NCBI GenBank assembly: GCA_039809905.1
Contig: JBDHVY010000001.1
Coordinates: forward strand, 870,001-902,000
Direction: 5' to 3'
DNA: 32,000 nt
From: Candidatus Babelota bacterium
GTDB lineage: Bacteria > Babelota > Babeliae > Babelales > Vermiphilaceae
Part shown: positions 1 through 9,888 of the stretch, piece by piece
How positions within the stretch are numbered: the first letter of the stretch is position 1
Layout of the letters: each line of letters begins with the position of its first letter
Made by a program: the position numbers and the translations under genes
Notes under the pieces: generated by a model
Told to the model about the DNA's origin: nothing
What the model saw: the letters and a program-made list of their open reading frames with translations, nothing else
Databases searched by the model: none

Positions 1-1
1 T

Positions 2-745
2 TTGGCCCGCGTAAATGAATCATGGAAGAAATTTATTACCAATTCAGAAAATACACTTTCTTTAATCAAAGGCCTTTCGGGTAGATTCGGTCTATCTAAT
101 ATGGAAATAACAAAAAAATTATCTATAAAAAAGGCACGATCACGTTATACAATACAAACAGCAGCGTTGTGTGGTTGGAATAAAGACAATGCTCCTTTTA
201 TCTACGACAACTTAGATAGGTTGTTTAAAGATGGGCTTGATCTCAATTTTACTTATGATGATGATTGTACGCTGTTATTAAAACCTGCTTTTGCGAATGA
301 ACGAGAGCATACAGGACATGCTCCTTGTGATCTCTTTTATGACGGGTATTTCAAGGTCAGTAAGTGGTTAATTGATCATGGAGCAGATATTAATGTAATC
401 ACCAAAGATGGAAAAAGTGCATCAATATTGATTTTTTCCATTTTTAATAAACCGCTTATTGAATTGTTTTTAAATCATCCAAAATTTAAGATCCATTATC
501 AAGATAATGAAGGGAACACGGTATTACATTGTTGTTTTCAGCAAAGACTTAGGTATGGCCACATTTATGGTGATAATTTTAGTTTAGAATTACATGACAA
601 TATTTATTCTGTGGTAGAAAAATTAATAGGAATGGGAGCAGATCCTCGTCTGTGTAATAAGCGAGGAAAAACTTCTTTTGATCTTGCAAAAGAAACGGGC
701 TATGAACCGTTTTTGAAAATTTTAGATTCTCACTATAATTCGTAA
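2..745 (+). CDS. Ankyrin-repeat protein, member of the local paralogous family (5' end truncated by window edge)
   Basis: The frame is open from the window start. It carries the family blocks LIKGLSGRFGLSNMEITKKLSIKKARSRY and GLDLNFTYDDDCTLLL. These are followed by ANK-like repeats (DHGADINVITKDGKSA, NEGNTVLHCC, GMGADPRLCNKRGKTSFDLA). Confidence 0.75.
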   Translation: MARVNESWKKFITNSENTLSLIKGLSGRFGLSNMEITKKLSIKKARSRYTIQTAALCGWNKDNAPFIYDNLDRLFKDGLDLNFTYDDDCTLLLKPAFANEREHTGHAPCDLFYDGYFKVSKWLIDHGADINVITKDGKSASILIFSIFNKPLIELFLNHPKFKIHYQDNEGNTVLHCCFQQRLRYGHIYGDNFSLELHDNIYSVVEKLIGMGADPRLCNKRGKTSFDLAKETGYEPFLKILDSHYNS

Positions 746-870
746 AAATTGGATTCATGATTTTTAATTTTTCTGCATGTGTCCTGTACTTTCAAAAAAG
801 CGAAAATACGCTATGATATACAGAACAAGAATTCTCAACAATGTTTGCCCCAACTTTCTGATTCTGCAAT

Positions 871-905
871 TGGGGTCCCCGCGCGGAGAGTAGCGTAGTG
901 TGGGG
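871..905 (+). promoter_or_regulatory. GC-rich leader motif copy A (TGGGGTCCCC-N14-GTAGTGTGGGG), 19 nt upstream of the OMP start codon
   Basis: The exact 10-mer TGGGGTCCCC and the downstream GTAGT(G/A)TGGGG recur with the same spacing (+/-1) at 9853-9888. CCCC(877-880) can pair with GGGG(902-905). TATAAT at 906-911 follows directly. Confidence 0.35.
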
Positions 906-923
906 TATAATTAGGGTAGTTCA

Positions 924-2150
924 ATGTCGAAAAAATGCTTTCTTATAATAATTCTTTTGTGTGTAACACAAATAAATCGTGCAGAAATATACGATAATAG
1001 ATTTATTCCTTTATTTGCGCCACAGCAATTTTTTGTTGAAGATTTACCATCTTCATATGAATGTAGTTTTCAAGCAATAACGGCGAGTCAAGCTTTTGCG
1101 CGTGATGAAAAAGTTGTTGGTATTCCAGAATTGTTTGGAATATTTGATTTAAATACGCTTGCCACTTCTTTGCTTGAAATTACCGGAGAAAGTCCATTGC
1201 GTTCTGATTTGCTTGGAAGGGAACTTCCTTTTGCCGTTAATGGACGTATTCAAGGAGAAGGTTTTTTTATGCGATATTACCAAAGCCTAGGTAAACATTT
1301 TGCATTTGGAGCTAATCTCTTATTCCTTAAAACAAATTCACGTCAGACTTTTGAATTGGATCGAGAAAAAGCAAGAAATTTAAGACCTGGTGATATTGCA
1401 GAAATTAATCAGGCCCGGCGTGTAGCATTCCAAGAAATTGGTATTGTTGAAAATGATGCACCACAACATGGCATTGGTGATATCGATATTTTCATTCGTG
1501 GTGGCAGTACATGGGATTATGTATTAAAATGTCGTAAAATTTGGGCTGGATTATCGCTTGGTGGATATATTCCAACCGGTGTCAAAACAGAGATTTGCAA
1601 TGCAGCATCAATACCTTATGGTGGCAATGGTTTTGGTGGAATATACGTGAAAGGTGATGCGCTTTTTGAGTTAAAAGAGGATATTAAAGTTGGATTTTTG
1701 TTACAAGTTAGTAAGCGATTTGCGCGTACAACCTGTGTTCGTATGCCAATGGTTGCAAGTGAACCATATATTTTTGGACCAATTATTGGTAATGCTCATA
1801 TTAATCCCGGTCCAACATTAGCATTTTCGCCCTATTTTATTTTAGAAAACTTACGAGCTGGTCTTGGTGCTGGAGTACATTATACGCTTACATCACATTG
1901 GAAAGATTCATGGTGTGATGCGCGTAAAAATCCTCAGTTTCCGGTAGATCTATCACAAGTGATGAGAACATCCAAGTGGGGATCAGATTATTTTACCGTT
2001 GATGTTTTTTATGATTTTGGCAGACAAGCAACTAAACATGTTATAGATCCTATTGTTTTTTTCAGATGGGATGTTCCAGCAATGCTTTTTGTTTCTCACA
2101 ATGTTGCTACAACACATAAAATATCACTGGGCGTTGAAATAGCTTACTAA
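924..2150 (+). CDS. Putative outer-membrane beta-barrel protein (porin/MOMP-like), family not identified
   Basis: It has a signal peptide (MSKKCFLIIILLCVTQINRAEIY) and alternating amphipathic segments rich in G/Y/F. The C-terminus ...ISLGVEIAY ends in an aromatic residue, as is typical of BAM substrates. A purine-rich stretch (AGGG) lies upstream of the ATG. Confidence 0.6.
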   Translation: MSKKCFLIIILLCVTQINRAEIYDNRFIPLFAPQQFFVEDLPSSYECSFQAITASQAFARDEKVVGIPELFGIFDLNTLATSLLEITGESPLRSDLLGRELPFAVNGRIQGEGFFMRYYQSLGKHFAFGANLLFLKTNSRQTFELDREKARNLRPGDIAEINQARRVAFQEIGIVENDAPQHGIGDIDIFIRGGSTWDYVLKCRKIWAGLSLGGYIPTGVKTEICNAASIPYGGNGFGGIYVKGDALFELKEDIKVGFLLQVSKRFARTTCVRMPMVASEPYIFGPIIGNAHINPGPTLAFSPYFILENLRAGLGAGVHYTLTSHWKDSWCDARKNPQFPVDLSQVMRTSKWGSDYFTVDVFYDFGRQATKHVIDPIVFFRWDVPAMLFVSHNVATTHKISLGVEIAY

Positions 2151-2252
2151 TTTGATAAAAATGAATTCAAAATGAAATGCCTATTGAAGTGTATAGAATA
2201 ATTTTAGAATTTTTACGGAAAATATAAATAAATCTGTTTATTGATAGGTTAA

Positions 2253-3302
<1,050 letters not shown>

Positions 3303-3308
3303 AAGTAT

Positions 3309-3824
3309 ATGCTACGATTATTTGTCCTTTTGTCTGCTACTTTTTTGGCCGCGCAAGCCAACCAAGTGATTATGCTTATGGGGCCATCATGTGCGGGGAA
3401 ATCAACACTTTCTACCTATTTATGTGAGCACTTGCAATCTAAAGATGAAAAGTGGGAAGTTGTTGATTTTGATGAAGTTGAATACAACATAGATCGGTTG
3501 CTGCAAGCAACCGATGACCTTTTGAAGAAAGGTACTAACGTAATTATTGACACAAATACTTACGAAGATGGTATTGAAAAAAGATTAAGAAGTAATGTAA
3601 AAATCACTAAAATTATTGTTACAGCTCCTTTAAAAATATTGCTTCAACGAGATGAAAGAAGAACGCAACGTCTTAATCGTGATAAAAAACAAGCTTTTTG
3701 GGGTAAATATTTTGTTATTGAATCTTACAAAAGAAGTCTTATATGGTCTTGTGATTTAACCATCAATTCGAGTGAACTATCTATTATTCAAGCTTGTGAG
3801 GTAATCTTGAAACATATCCCATAA
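3309..3824 (+). CDS. P-loop NTPase / small-molecule kinase-like protein with N-terminal signal-like peptide
   Basis: The Walker A motif GPSCAGKST comes directly after a hydrophobic N-terminus ending in an AxA site (MLRLFVLLSATFLAAQA|NQ). A Walker B-like VIIDTN is present, and the size (171 aa) fits AAA_33/CPT-like kinases. It starts 6 nt after the mreB stop. Confidence 0.6.
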   Translation: MLRLFVLLSATFLAAQANQVIMLMGPSCAGKSTLSTYLCEHLQSKDEKWEVVDFDEVEYNIDRLLQATDDLLKKGTNVIIDTNTYEDGIEKRLRSNVKITKIIVTAPLKILLQRDERRTQRLNRDKKQAFWGKYFVIESYKRSLIWSCDLTINSSELSIIQACEVILKHIP

Positions 3825-3838
3825 TAAATGGAGCTGAT

Positions 3839-4870
3839 ATGTGTATAAAGAACATTACCTATCTTTTCCTATTTTCCGTATATTGTTTGCCATTGCATAT
3901 GATAGCAATGATGAACAAATTAAAATTGCGTCATGCTCGTTCAGGTGACACAAGAAAACTTTTAAATAAAAAAGAAAATCCTTTAATTACTTTTTTTTCG
4001 ACATCAGAACAGCCTCTTATAGATTCGATATTGATTAAAAGTGAAGCAGTAGAGCTTAAAGAAGTAGCTCGAGAGTTTCATTCAATTGCTCAAGCACTCG
4101 CTCGCACCAATTTATTTTTTAATAGATTTATTAATGATGATCAACGAACGTTATATTGGATCAAGCAAATTTCACAACGATGTAATGTTTCACATTTTGA
4201 AGTTGCTCAGAGATTGTGCACAAAGGCTGCAAGAAATCGTTTTGCTCTGCAAGGTACAACATTATATGGTATTCGTTATTATAATTGTGGATTGTGGAAC
4301 CACGAATCATGTACAAAAATGCCTTTTGATTTTAGTGTGCTTTATACAGGTGGATTAGATCTTGATTTTACTTATAATGAAAATCAAACAACGCTTTTAA
4401 TAGAAGCGGTTAACCGTTATAACTGTCCTATGCCATTGGAATGGCTTCTTGATAAAGGTGCAAACATTAATAAATGTAATGTAAAAAAACAAAATGCGGC
4501 GATGCTCATGTTTAAAAATCACCGTCAATATATGATAGAATTTCTTTTAGAATATCCTAAATTAAACATCAATGTTAATCATCAAGATATAGAAGAAAAT
4601 ACGTTACTTCACTATTGCATTGAAGAAATAAAAGAGCGAAATAGACCATATGATCGTGATAGAATGATGAATCTTGCCTTAGTGCGAATACAACAATTAC
4701 TTAATAAAGGCGCAAATCCTGTTATTAAAAATAAAAAAGGACAAACGCCATTAGAATTAGGTTTATCTGCAAATGATCTTGGCAGTGAATATATCTCACA
4801 GATAGATTATCCTCATATCATTAATCTATTACAAGAAGCGGAAAAAAGCTGGCAGAACATTTTATCGTGA
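3839..4870 (+). CDS. Secreted ankyrin-repeat protein, paralogous family member
   Basis: GGAG lies upstream of the ATG and the N-terminus is hydrophobic. Family blocks are WIKQISQRCNVSHFEVAQRLCTKAARNRF and GLDLDFTYNENQTTLLIEA. ANK-like repeats follow (DKGANINKCNVKKQNA, EENTLLHYC, NKGANPVIKNKKGQTPLELG). Confidence 0.8.
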   Translation: MCIKNITYLFLFSVYCLPLHMIAMMNKLKLRHARSGDTRKLLNKKENPLITFFSTSEQPLIDSILIKSEAVELKEVAREFHSIAQALARTNLFFNRFINDDQRTLYWIKQISQRCNVSHFEVAQRLCTKAARNRFALQGTTLYGIRYYNCGLWNHESCTKMPFDFSVLYTGGLDLDFTYNENQTTLLIEAVNRYNCPMPLEWLLDKGANINKCNVKKQNAAMLMFKNHRQYMIEFLLEYPKLNINVNHQDIEENTLLHYCIEEIKERNRPYDRDRMMNLALVRIQQLLNKGANPVIKNKKGQTPLELGLSANDLGSEYISQIDYPHIINLLQEAEKSWQNILS

Positions 4871-4880
4871 GATGATTAAT

Positions 4881-5663
4881 TTATTTGTTAATGATATCCC
4901 ATATTTTCAAAAAATCTTCCATGCTCATTTCTTGTGCGCGCAATGCTAATGTTGCATCATCAATTTTATCCATTGCATAATGCGTATGAGATAGATTGTT
5001 TTTTAAGGTCCGGCGTGGTTGCTTAAAGCAATGTTTAATGAACTTCCAAAATTTTTCTTCATGAGGAATTTCGGTAACTTGCGCATGTGGTTTGAAATAA
5101 ATGAGCCGAGAAAAAACTTTAGGAGCAGGGTGAAAAGATGTTGGTGGAACTTTATCTAATAGTTTCCATTCAAAATAGTGTTGAAAAAAGAGTGATGGAT
5201 ATCCATATCCTCGGCCTCTTTTTTTTACTATTTTTTGAGCAACTTCTTCTTGTATCATCACAACACCTTCTTTAAGAAGGTGCCGATATTCTTGAAAACG
5301 ATGCAAAATGGGAAAGGTTACTTGGTACGGTAAATTTGCAAGAACAGTCCATGGTTTATGCTCTTCTAACTCTGCTGGCAAATCTATATCAAGAAAATTA
5401 TCAAGAATCACTTTCATGCGTTCATCTTTAAATGTTTCTTGTACGTAGTTTGCCCAATCAGGATCAATTTCAAAAATGGTAAGACGAGCGGCAGGAGTTG
5501 CTAAAATGTGTTTCGTTAAAAAACCGTCTCCACAACCGATTTCAAAAATTGATGTTGTTGATTTTATGTCTACCGCAAAAATCATGTTGTGTACAATTCG
5601 TACATCACGTAAAAAATGCTGACCAAATTGTTTTTTTAAAGGAATGCCTTGTGAATATGCCAT
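4881..5663 (-). CDS. rsmA: 16S rRNA (adenine1518/1519-N6)-dimethyltransferase RsmA/KsgA
   Basis: KKQFGQHFLRD at the N-terminus, the SAM-binding motif IFEIGCGDGFLT, FEIDPD, and the catalytic ANLPYQVTFPIL motif. Confidence 0.93.
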   Translation of the reverse strand: MAYSQGIPLKKQFGQHFLRDVRIVHNMIFAVDIKSTTSIFEIGCGDGFLTKHILATPAARLTIFEIDPDWANYVQETFKDERMKVILDNFLDIDLPAELEEHKPWTVLANLPYQVTFPILHRFQEYRHLLKEGVVMIQEEVAQKIVKKRGRGYGYPSLFFQHYFEWKLLDKVPPTSFHPAPKVFSRLIYFKPHAQVTEIPHEEKFWKFIKHCFKQPRRTLKNNLSHTHYAMDKIDDATLALRAQEMSMEDFLKIWDIINK

Positions 5664-5695
5664 TGGATGTAGAGTTTCGTTTTATTCTGAATTGT

Positions 5696-7144
5696 TTAAT
5701 TGCTTACTGTTGTTAAATCACGTTTGCGCATGCGGCGATTACGTTTATATGATCCACTGCGCGATTTACGATCATCATATATTTTATAGTATTCTTTTGC
5801 CTTTTCAAATGCAGATTCCACGTGATTGTGGTATTCATCTTCAAATGAGCTATCAATGGCAACTTTATGTGCAATTGCGTTTAACTCATTCAATTGTTCA
5901 TGCGATAAAAAGGGGAATACTTGGGTAAAATTATTCTTTTTACGTTGTTTTATAATCATTGTTTCAAACTCTGGTCGTATATCAACAACGATTGGATAAG
6001 GCGTAATAAGATCTTTTTGCACTTGACGAATACAATGTAAAATATAAGGAATAGCAACAAATGCAGGTAATGGATGCATTACAAAGCTTTCACGATAATG
6101 CTTTGGTGACCAACCAAAAAACCAAAATTCAAGATGTCCAGGAGAAATATCGCGTAATAAACGTGATTTTCCTGAAACAATGCCAGAATTAGTATAATCA
6201 ACCATTGCAGCACGCCGTGCTGGATTATTCCGTTTTGTGTGGGCACTACGAGTGAATTTCATATCGATTTGCATTAATTTTTTTGGAACTCTAAAATTGT
6301 TACTATTTCTGAAGTAACGACGTGAAAACACGCGATTAAATGAGAAAAAATCAATACGCTGAATTCGATCAGTTTGCGAGAAGAAATGATATATTTTTTT
6401 AAATATTGGATCATTTGATAAATAATCAGTTTCCGTTTGTATTGGTACACCCACAAGAACCAATTCATCAATAGATAGTTTTGATTGAGGATCAGTATTC
6501 TGGCGTGCTGCGGCAATGTTAAGACATACGTTTCCGCCATGACTATATCCAATAAGACGTACTTTAGGGTATATATCCTTGCTCCAGTAATTTTGCTCTA
6601 GTTCTGCTGTAAGTTCTTTGAGAAGCTTAATTGAATCATTATATCGTGTTGATGGGCTTAAAAGCCCTGACCAGCCGAATGTATAATAATTATTTTTGGT
6701 ATGAGGAGAAACGAGCTTGGTTACGTCATCATAAATATGCGCGATAGCGCTTGCAGCATGACCAGGTTCTAAATCATTTATATCGATTTTTTTGAGTCCA
6801 AATTCTTGCATTGCCTGATTAAGATAAAAATAAGGGTCTAGGCGCATGTATTCAACTGTTTTTGAATATATAGTATCTTTAACATCATCACGCACAAAAC
6901 GCATTACGTTGGATGCTGTTAAATGAGGTTGAATACTCATGATTCCATGGACAAATACCGTTACCCATGTTTCATCACTTTTTTCTATTGTTTGGAATGG
7001 TTGAGGATCATTTTCTAAAGTAGCATAAAAATCTTTCGATTTTTTGCGCTTTTTAGCCGCTTCTAGAGAGATATTACTCACTAAAAGCATGAGCGTACAA
7101 AAGAGATAAAAAAGAGTTTTTACCCATCCATTGTTGTTTTTCAT
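5696..7144 (-). CDS. Secreted/membrane-anchored alpha/beta-hydrolase (lipase/esterase-like)
   Basis: It has an N-terminal hydrophobic anchor or signal (WVKTLFYLFCTLMLLVSNISLEA). VFVHGIMS is an oxyanion-type strand and GYSHGGN is a nucleophile-elbow GxSxG motif. The C-terminal tail is basic (KSRSGSYKRNRRMRKR). Confidence 0.6.
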   Translation of the reverse strand: MKNNNGWVKTLFYLFCTLMLLVSNISLEAAKKRKKSKDFYATLENDPQPFQTIEKSDETWVTVFVHGIMSIQPHLTASNVMRFVRDDVKDTIYSKTVEYMRLDPYFYLNQAMQEFGLKKIDINDLEPGHAASAIAHIYDDVTKLVSPHTKNNYYTFGWSGLLSPSTRYNDSIKLLKELTAELEQNYWSKDIYPKVRLIGYSHGGNVCLNIAAARQNTDPQSKLSIDELVLVGVPIQTETDYLSNDPIFKKIYHFFSQTDRIQRIDFFSFNRVFSRRYFRNSNNFRVPKKLMQIDMKFTRSAHTKRNNPARRAAMVDYTNSGIVSGKSRLLRDISPGHLEFWFFGWSPKHYRESFVMHPLPAFVAIPYILHCIRQVQKDLITPYPIVVDIRPEFETMIIKQRKKNNFTQVFPFLSHEQLNELNAIAHKVAIDSSFEDEYHNHVESAFEKAKEYYKIYDDRKSRSGSYKRNRRMRKRDLTTVSN

Positions 7145-7417
7145 TCATGATTCCTATAAAAAACTGCCTTTCAAGGCACTAAGTATAGCAAAAAATGCTT
7201 AATCTAAGAACCTTTTCTATGATCCTCGCATTGTTTTGCCAATATTCCATTGTCCAATATTATTATATCATAAATTTTATAAAATATTCAAATAGATTAT
7301 ATCGACTTAAAAAAGGCCCTATAATAAAGGATTTTTGGTTTTTTGAAGAGCAAATAGCATATGATCTGGATAATTGCTGGAGAATTTTTGGATACTATAG
7401 TCAGGATTATTAAGATA

Positions 7418-7438
7418 CTGTAGCGGCTAATGCTACAG
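7418..7438 (+). promoter_or_regulatory. 7-bp stem hairpin (CTGTAGC-ggctaat-GCTACAG) just upstream of the LOG gene RBS
   Basis: A perfect inverted repeat read directly from the sequence. It lies 8 nt before AAGGAGG (7447-7453) and the ATG at 7460. Function is unknown. Confidence 0.25.
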
Positions 7439-7459
7439 CTATAATAAAGGAGGTTGAGG

Positions 7460-8119
7460 ATGTTATTTAAACGAATGCATGAAAGCGTCGTATTATCGTG
7501 GAAATTTCTGCGTGTTTTTTTTCAACTTGTTCGTGGTGCATGGTATGTTTCAAAGCTGCAGCACCCCATTATTTCTATTTTTGGTAGTGCAAAGACACCA
7601 CAATCAGATCAATATGCCCATGAAGCCAATAAAATAGCAGCTTTATTTGTTGAAAAAGGCATTTCTATTTTAACAGGAGGTGGTCCAGGAATCATGGAAG
7701 CAGCCAATTGTGGAGCTGTTTTAAAAGGGGGAGATAATGGAAAAACAACCAGTATTGGTATTAGTGTGCGTGGTTTGGAGGATAAAAATCCCTGCGTGCA
7801 GGAATATTTTGAACTCGATCATTTTTTTGCACGTAAATGGTTATTAACCAATTATTCAAGTGGTTTTGTATTTTTTCCTGGCGGTTTTGGAACATTAGAT
7901 GAGCTTTCTGATGTGCTTGTATTGATCCAGACCAAACAAATGAAGCAAGTTCCTATTGTTCTTATTGGCAAAGAATATTGGCAGCCATTTATGGATTGGA
8001 TTAATAATGAAATGGTAGAACATAATCTTATTAAGCCAGAACATCTTAAGTTATTTAGTATGACTGATGATCCAGAACAGGCATTTTGTTTTGTTTTGGG
8101 CAAGTGTAAGATTGAGTAA
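7460..8119 (+). CDS. LOG family protein (TIGR00730-type; cytokinin riboside 5'-monophosphate phosphoribohydrolase / nucleotide nucleosidase family)
   Basis: Both signature motifs are present, GGGPGIMEAAN and PGGFGTLDEL. The ATG at 7460 has a strong AAGGAGG site 7 nt upstream; the ORF track begins 6 nt earlier at a TTG. Confidence 0.9.
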   Translation: MLFKRMHESVVLSWKFLRVFFQLVRGAWYVSKLQHPIISIFGSAKTPQSDQYAHEANKIAALFVEKGISILTGGGPGIMEAANCGAVLKGGDNGKTTSIGISVRGLEDKNPCVQEYFELDHFFARKWLLTNYSSGFVFFPGGFGTLDELSDVLVLIQTKQMKQVPIVLIGKEYWQPFMDWINNEMVEHNLIKPEHLKLFSMTDDPEQAFCFVLGKCKIE

Positions 8120-8120
8120 G

Positions 8121-8996
8121 TTATTGTGTAGCATTTTTTTTTGCTATTGCTTGCTCAAGTATTTCAGCAAACTGAGGGTATCGATCTTGTTTTTTACAAG
8201 CTAATAAAAGTGGTGAATAGTTATCTTTGCTTTTTAATTCAGGATCAGCGCCTTTATCAAGTAAGATTTTCATTCCTTGTTTTATGTTTTCTATATCATG
8301 TTCAGAATTACAGTCGTAAATTAACTGCATCATAAGATTAATAAGAGGTGTTAGTGCACGTGAGCCATTTTTTTTATTAGGCTCAATTTTTTTATGCTTG
8401 AGTAAAAAAGGTATAAGATATGGATGGCTTCTGAATACTATGCTATGAGCAGAAAAACCATTTGTATCCTCTATATGCAAATCAGCTCCATTAAGTATAA
8501 GGTATTTTGCAATACTAGGCTCAGGGTTACTAGGATTCAATGCTATCATTATACCGGTATCACAGTTATGAGCATAAGAAAAATTGAAATCGACATTATC
8601 TTGTTTTAATTTTTGGAATCTTTGTTTAAGTACCTTATTATCATCATTATAAGGATGTGCAAAACGTTTGCAATATGATTGAAATGTCTTCTGAAGATAT
8701 AATCGTTTGCGAGCCGATTTGATAGATAATGCTTCGGCAACAGTCTCGTTAGAGCAAGCAAATCTGGTAGATAGTTTCTTTATGATAAACAAACAGGTTG
8801 AAGAATCATTAAATGATTTTTCTAATGTTCGATTTGCTTGAGTAAATGCGCTGATTAATTGTCCTGCATCATTAAGAGATTTTGTTCCATACAGGCATAA
8901 ATGGTGAGCTATATCTGTGGAAAAAGATTGCTCCATTTCCATCGCATTGAGCAGTGATAAAGAAAAAGATAAAATTAATATAAGTTTTTGTTTCAT
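8121..8996 (-). CDS. Secreted ankyrin-repeat protein, paralogous family member
   Basis: Signal peptide MKQKLILILSFSLSLLNA. Family blocks are IIKKLSTRFACSNETVAEALSIKSARKRL and VDFNFSYAHNCDTGIMIAL. ANK-like repeats are LNGADLHIEDTNGFSA and DKGADPELKSKDNYSPLLLA. The C-terminus reads EQAIAKK. Confidence 0.8.
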   Translation of the reverse strand: MKQKLILILSFSLSLLNAMEMEQSFSTDIAHHLCLYGTKSLNDAGQLISAFTQANRTLEKSFNDSSTCLFIIKKLSTRFACSNETVAEALSIKSARKRLYLQKTFQSYCKRFAHPYNDDNKVLKQRFQKLKQDNVDFNFSYAHNCDTGIMIALNPSNPEPSIAKYLILNGADLHIEDTNGFSAHSIVFRSHPYLIPFLLKHKKIEPNKKNGSRALTPLINLMMQLIYDCNSEHDIENIKQGMKILLDKGADPELKSKDNYSPLLLACKKQDRYPQFAEILEQAIAKKNATQ

Positions 8997-9159
8997 TAAA
9001 CTTTCTCAAGGTAGATTTTTGTGGGTTTTATTTTCAGGACAATTATACCATAAAAATGTATATTTTGCTCTATATAAAATGGAGCAAATTGGTATATTTA
9101 TATAAAGAGCTATAACCCCATTCTCTATAATAAATTTTTCTATACCATGGAGTTTACGT

Positions 9160-9828
9160 ATGAAAATGATAATAAATTCTTTTAAAGCAGCGTCATATGC
9201 AGCTATTTTTAAGATTTCAGGCTTTGTTAAAATTAGTTTTTTGCTTGGTTCGCACATGATCTGGTTTTCTGGAGTAAATAGTATTTTACCTTTATCAGGA
9301 GCATTTGGCGGTGTATTTGGTGCTGGATTAGTATTCTTTGTGCGGCAATTAGTGCATATTTTTTGCTTTAAAACCCTTTCTTTGAGCTTTTTGGCATTAT
9401 GTGTTCCAGGATTTTGCGCTTCTTTATACTGGGCATCTAACCACTTTTTAGTTCGTTTATTACTTCCGCTTTTGTGTATGGCATTATTTATCGCACATCC
9501 TGTTGGTGGGCAGTCATTTTTTTACTCCTTATATTGGCTTATACCGGTTATTTTATATTTTGTTCCTCGTCGATCACTATTTCTAACAGCCTTGGGAAGT
9601 ACTTTTACCGCTCATGCGGTCGGTTCTGTAATTTGGTGCTATACTGTTCCAATGACTGTTGGTATGTGGATGGCCCTAATGCCAATTGTAGCTCTTGAAA
9701 GAACATTATTTGCTCTTGGTATGGTTGTTGCGCATTATGCATTATCAACTATATTTGAGGCGATAGATTTGGTTGATGCAAAGCTTATTTCAGCTCAGAA
9801 TCAGGCAGCTATCTGCAACAATAAATAA
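9160..9828 (+). CDS. Polytopic integral membrane protein, function unknown
   Basis: GGAG lies 8 nt upstream of the ATG. About 6 hydrophobic segments run through the 222 aa. I recognise no family motif; the CdsA and BioY signatures are absent. Confidence 0.6.
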   Translation: MKMIINSFKAASYAAIFKISGFVKISFLLGSHMIWFSGVNSILPLSGAFGGVFGAGLVFFVRQLVHIFCFKTLSLSFLALCVPGFCASLYWASNHFLVRLLLPLLCMALFIAHPVGGQSFFYSLYWLIPVILYFVPRRSLFLTALGSTFTAHAVGSVIWCYTVPMTVGMWMALMPIVALERTLFALGMVVAHYALSTIFEAIDLVDAKLISAQNQAAICNNK

Positions 9829-9852
9829 GAATGAAAAAAAATCTATCTTCTA

Positions 9853-9888
9853 TGGGGTCCCCATACGAAACGGTTGTGTAGTATGGGG
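9853..9888 (+). promoter_or_regulatory. GC-rich leader motif copy B (TGGGGTCCCC-N15-GTAGTATGGGG) overlapping the uppS start codon
   Basis: It has the same 10-mer and the same downstream block as 871-905. ATGGGGTCCCCAT is a 13-nt palindrome. CCCCA(9859-9863) can pair with TGGGG(9884-9888), which contains the uppS ATG (9883). Confidence 0.35.

Noticed and set aside
3309-3824. Considered calling this guanylate kinase because of GPSCAGKST (similar to GPSGAGKS)
   Set aside because: The rest of the protein lacks the Gmk GMP-binding core, and its length and pattern fit a generic AAA_33/CPT-like kinase better. I left it as an unassigned P-loop kinase.
7195-7413. 72-aa ORF in the long intergenic region
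   Set aside because: It has no Shine-Dalgarno sequence and an I/Y/F/N-rich product typical of random AT-rich ORFs. I left it uncalled and flagged the region instead.
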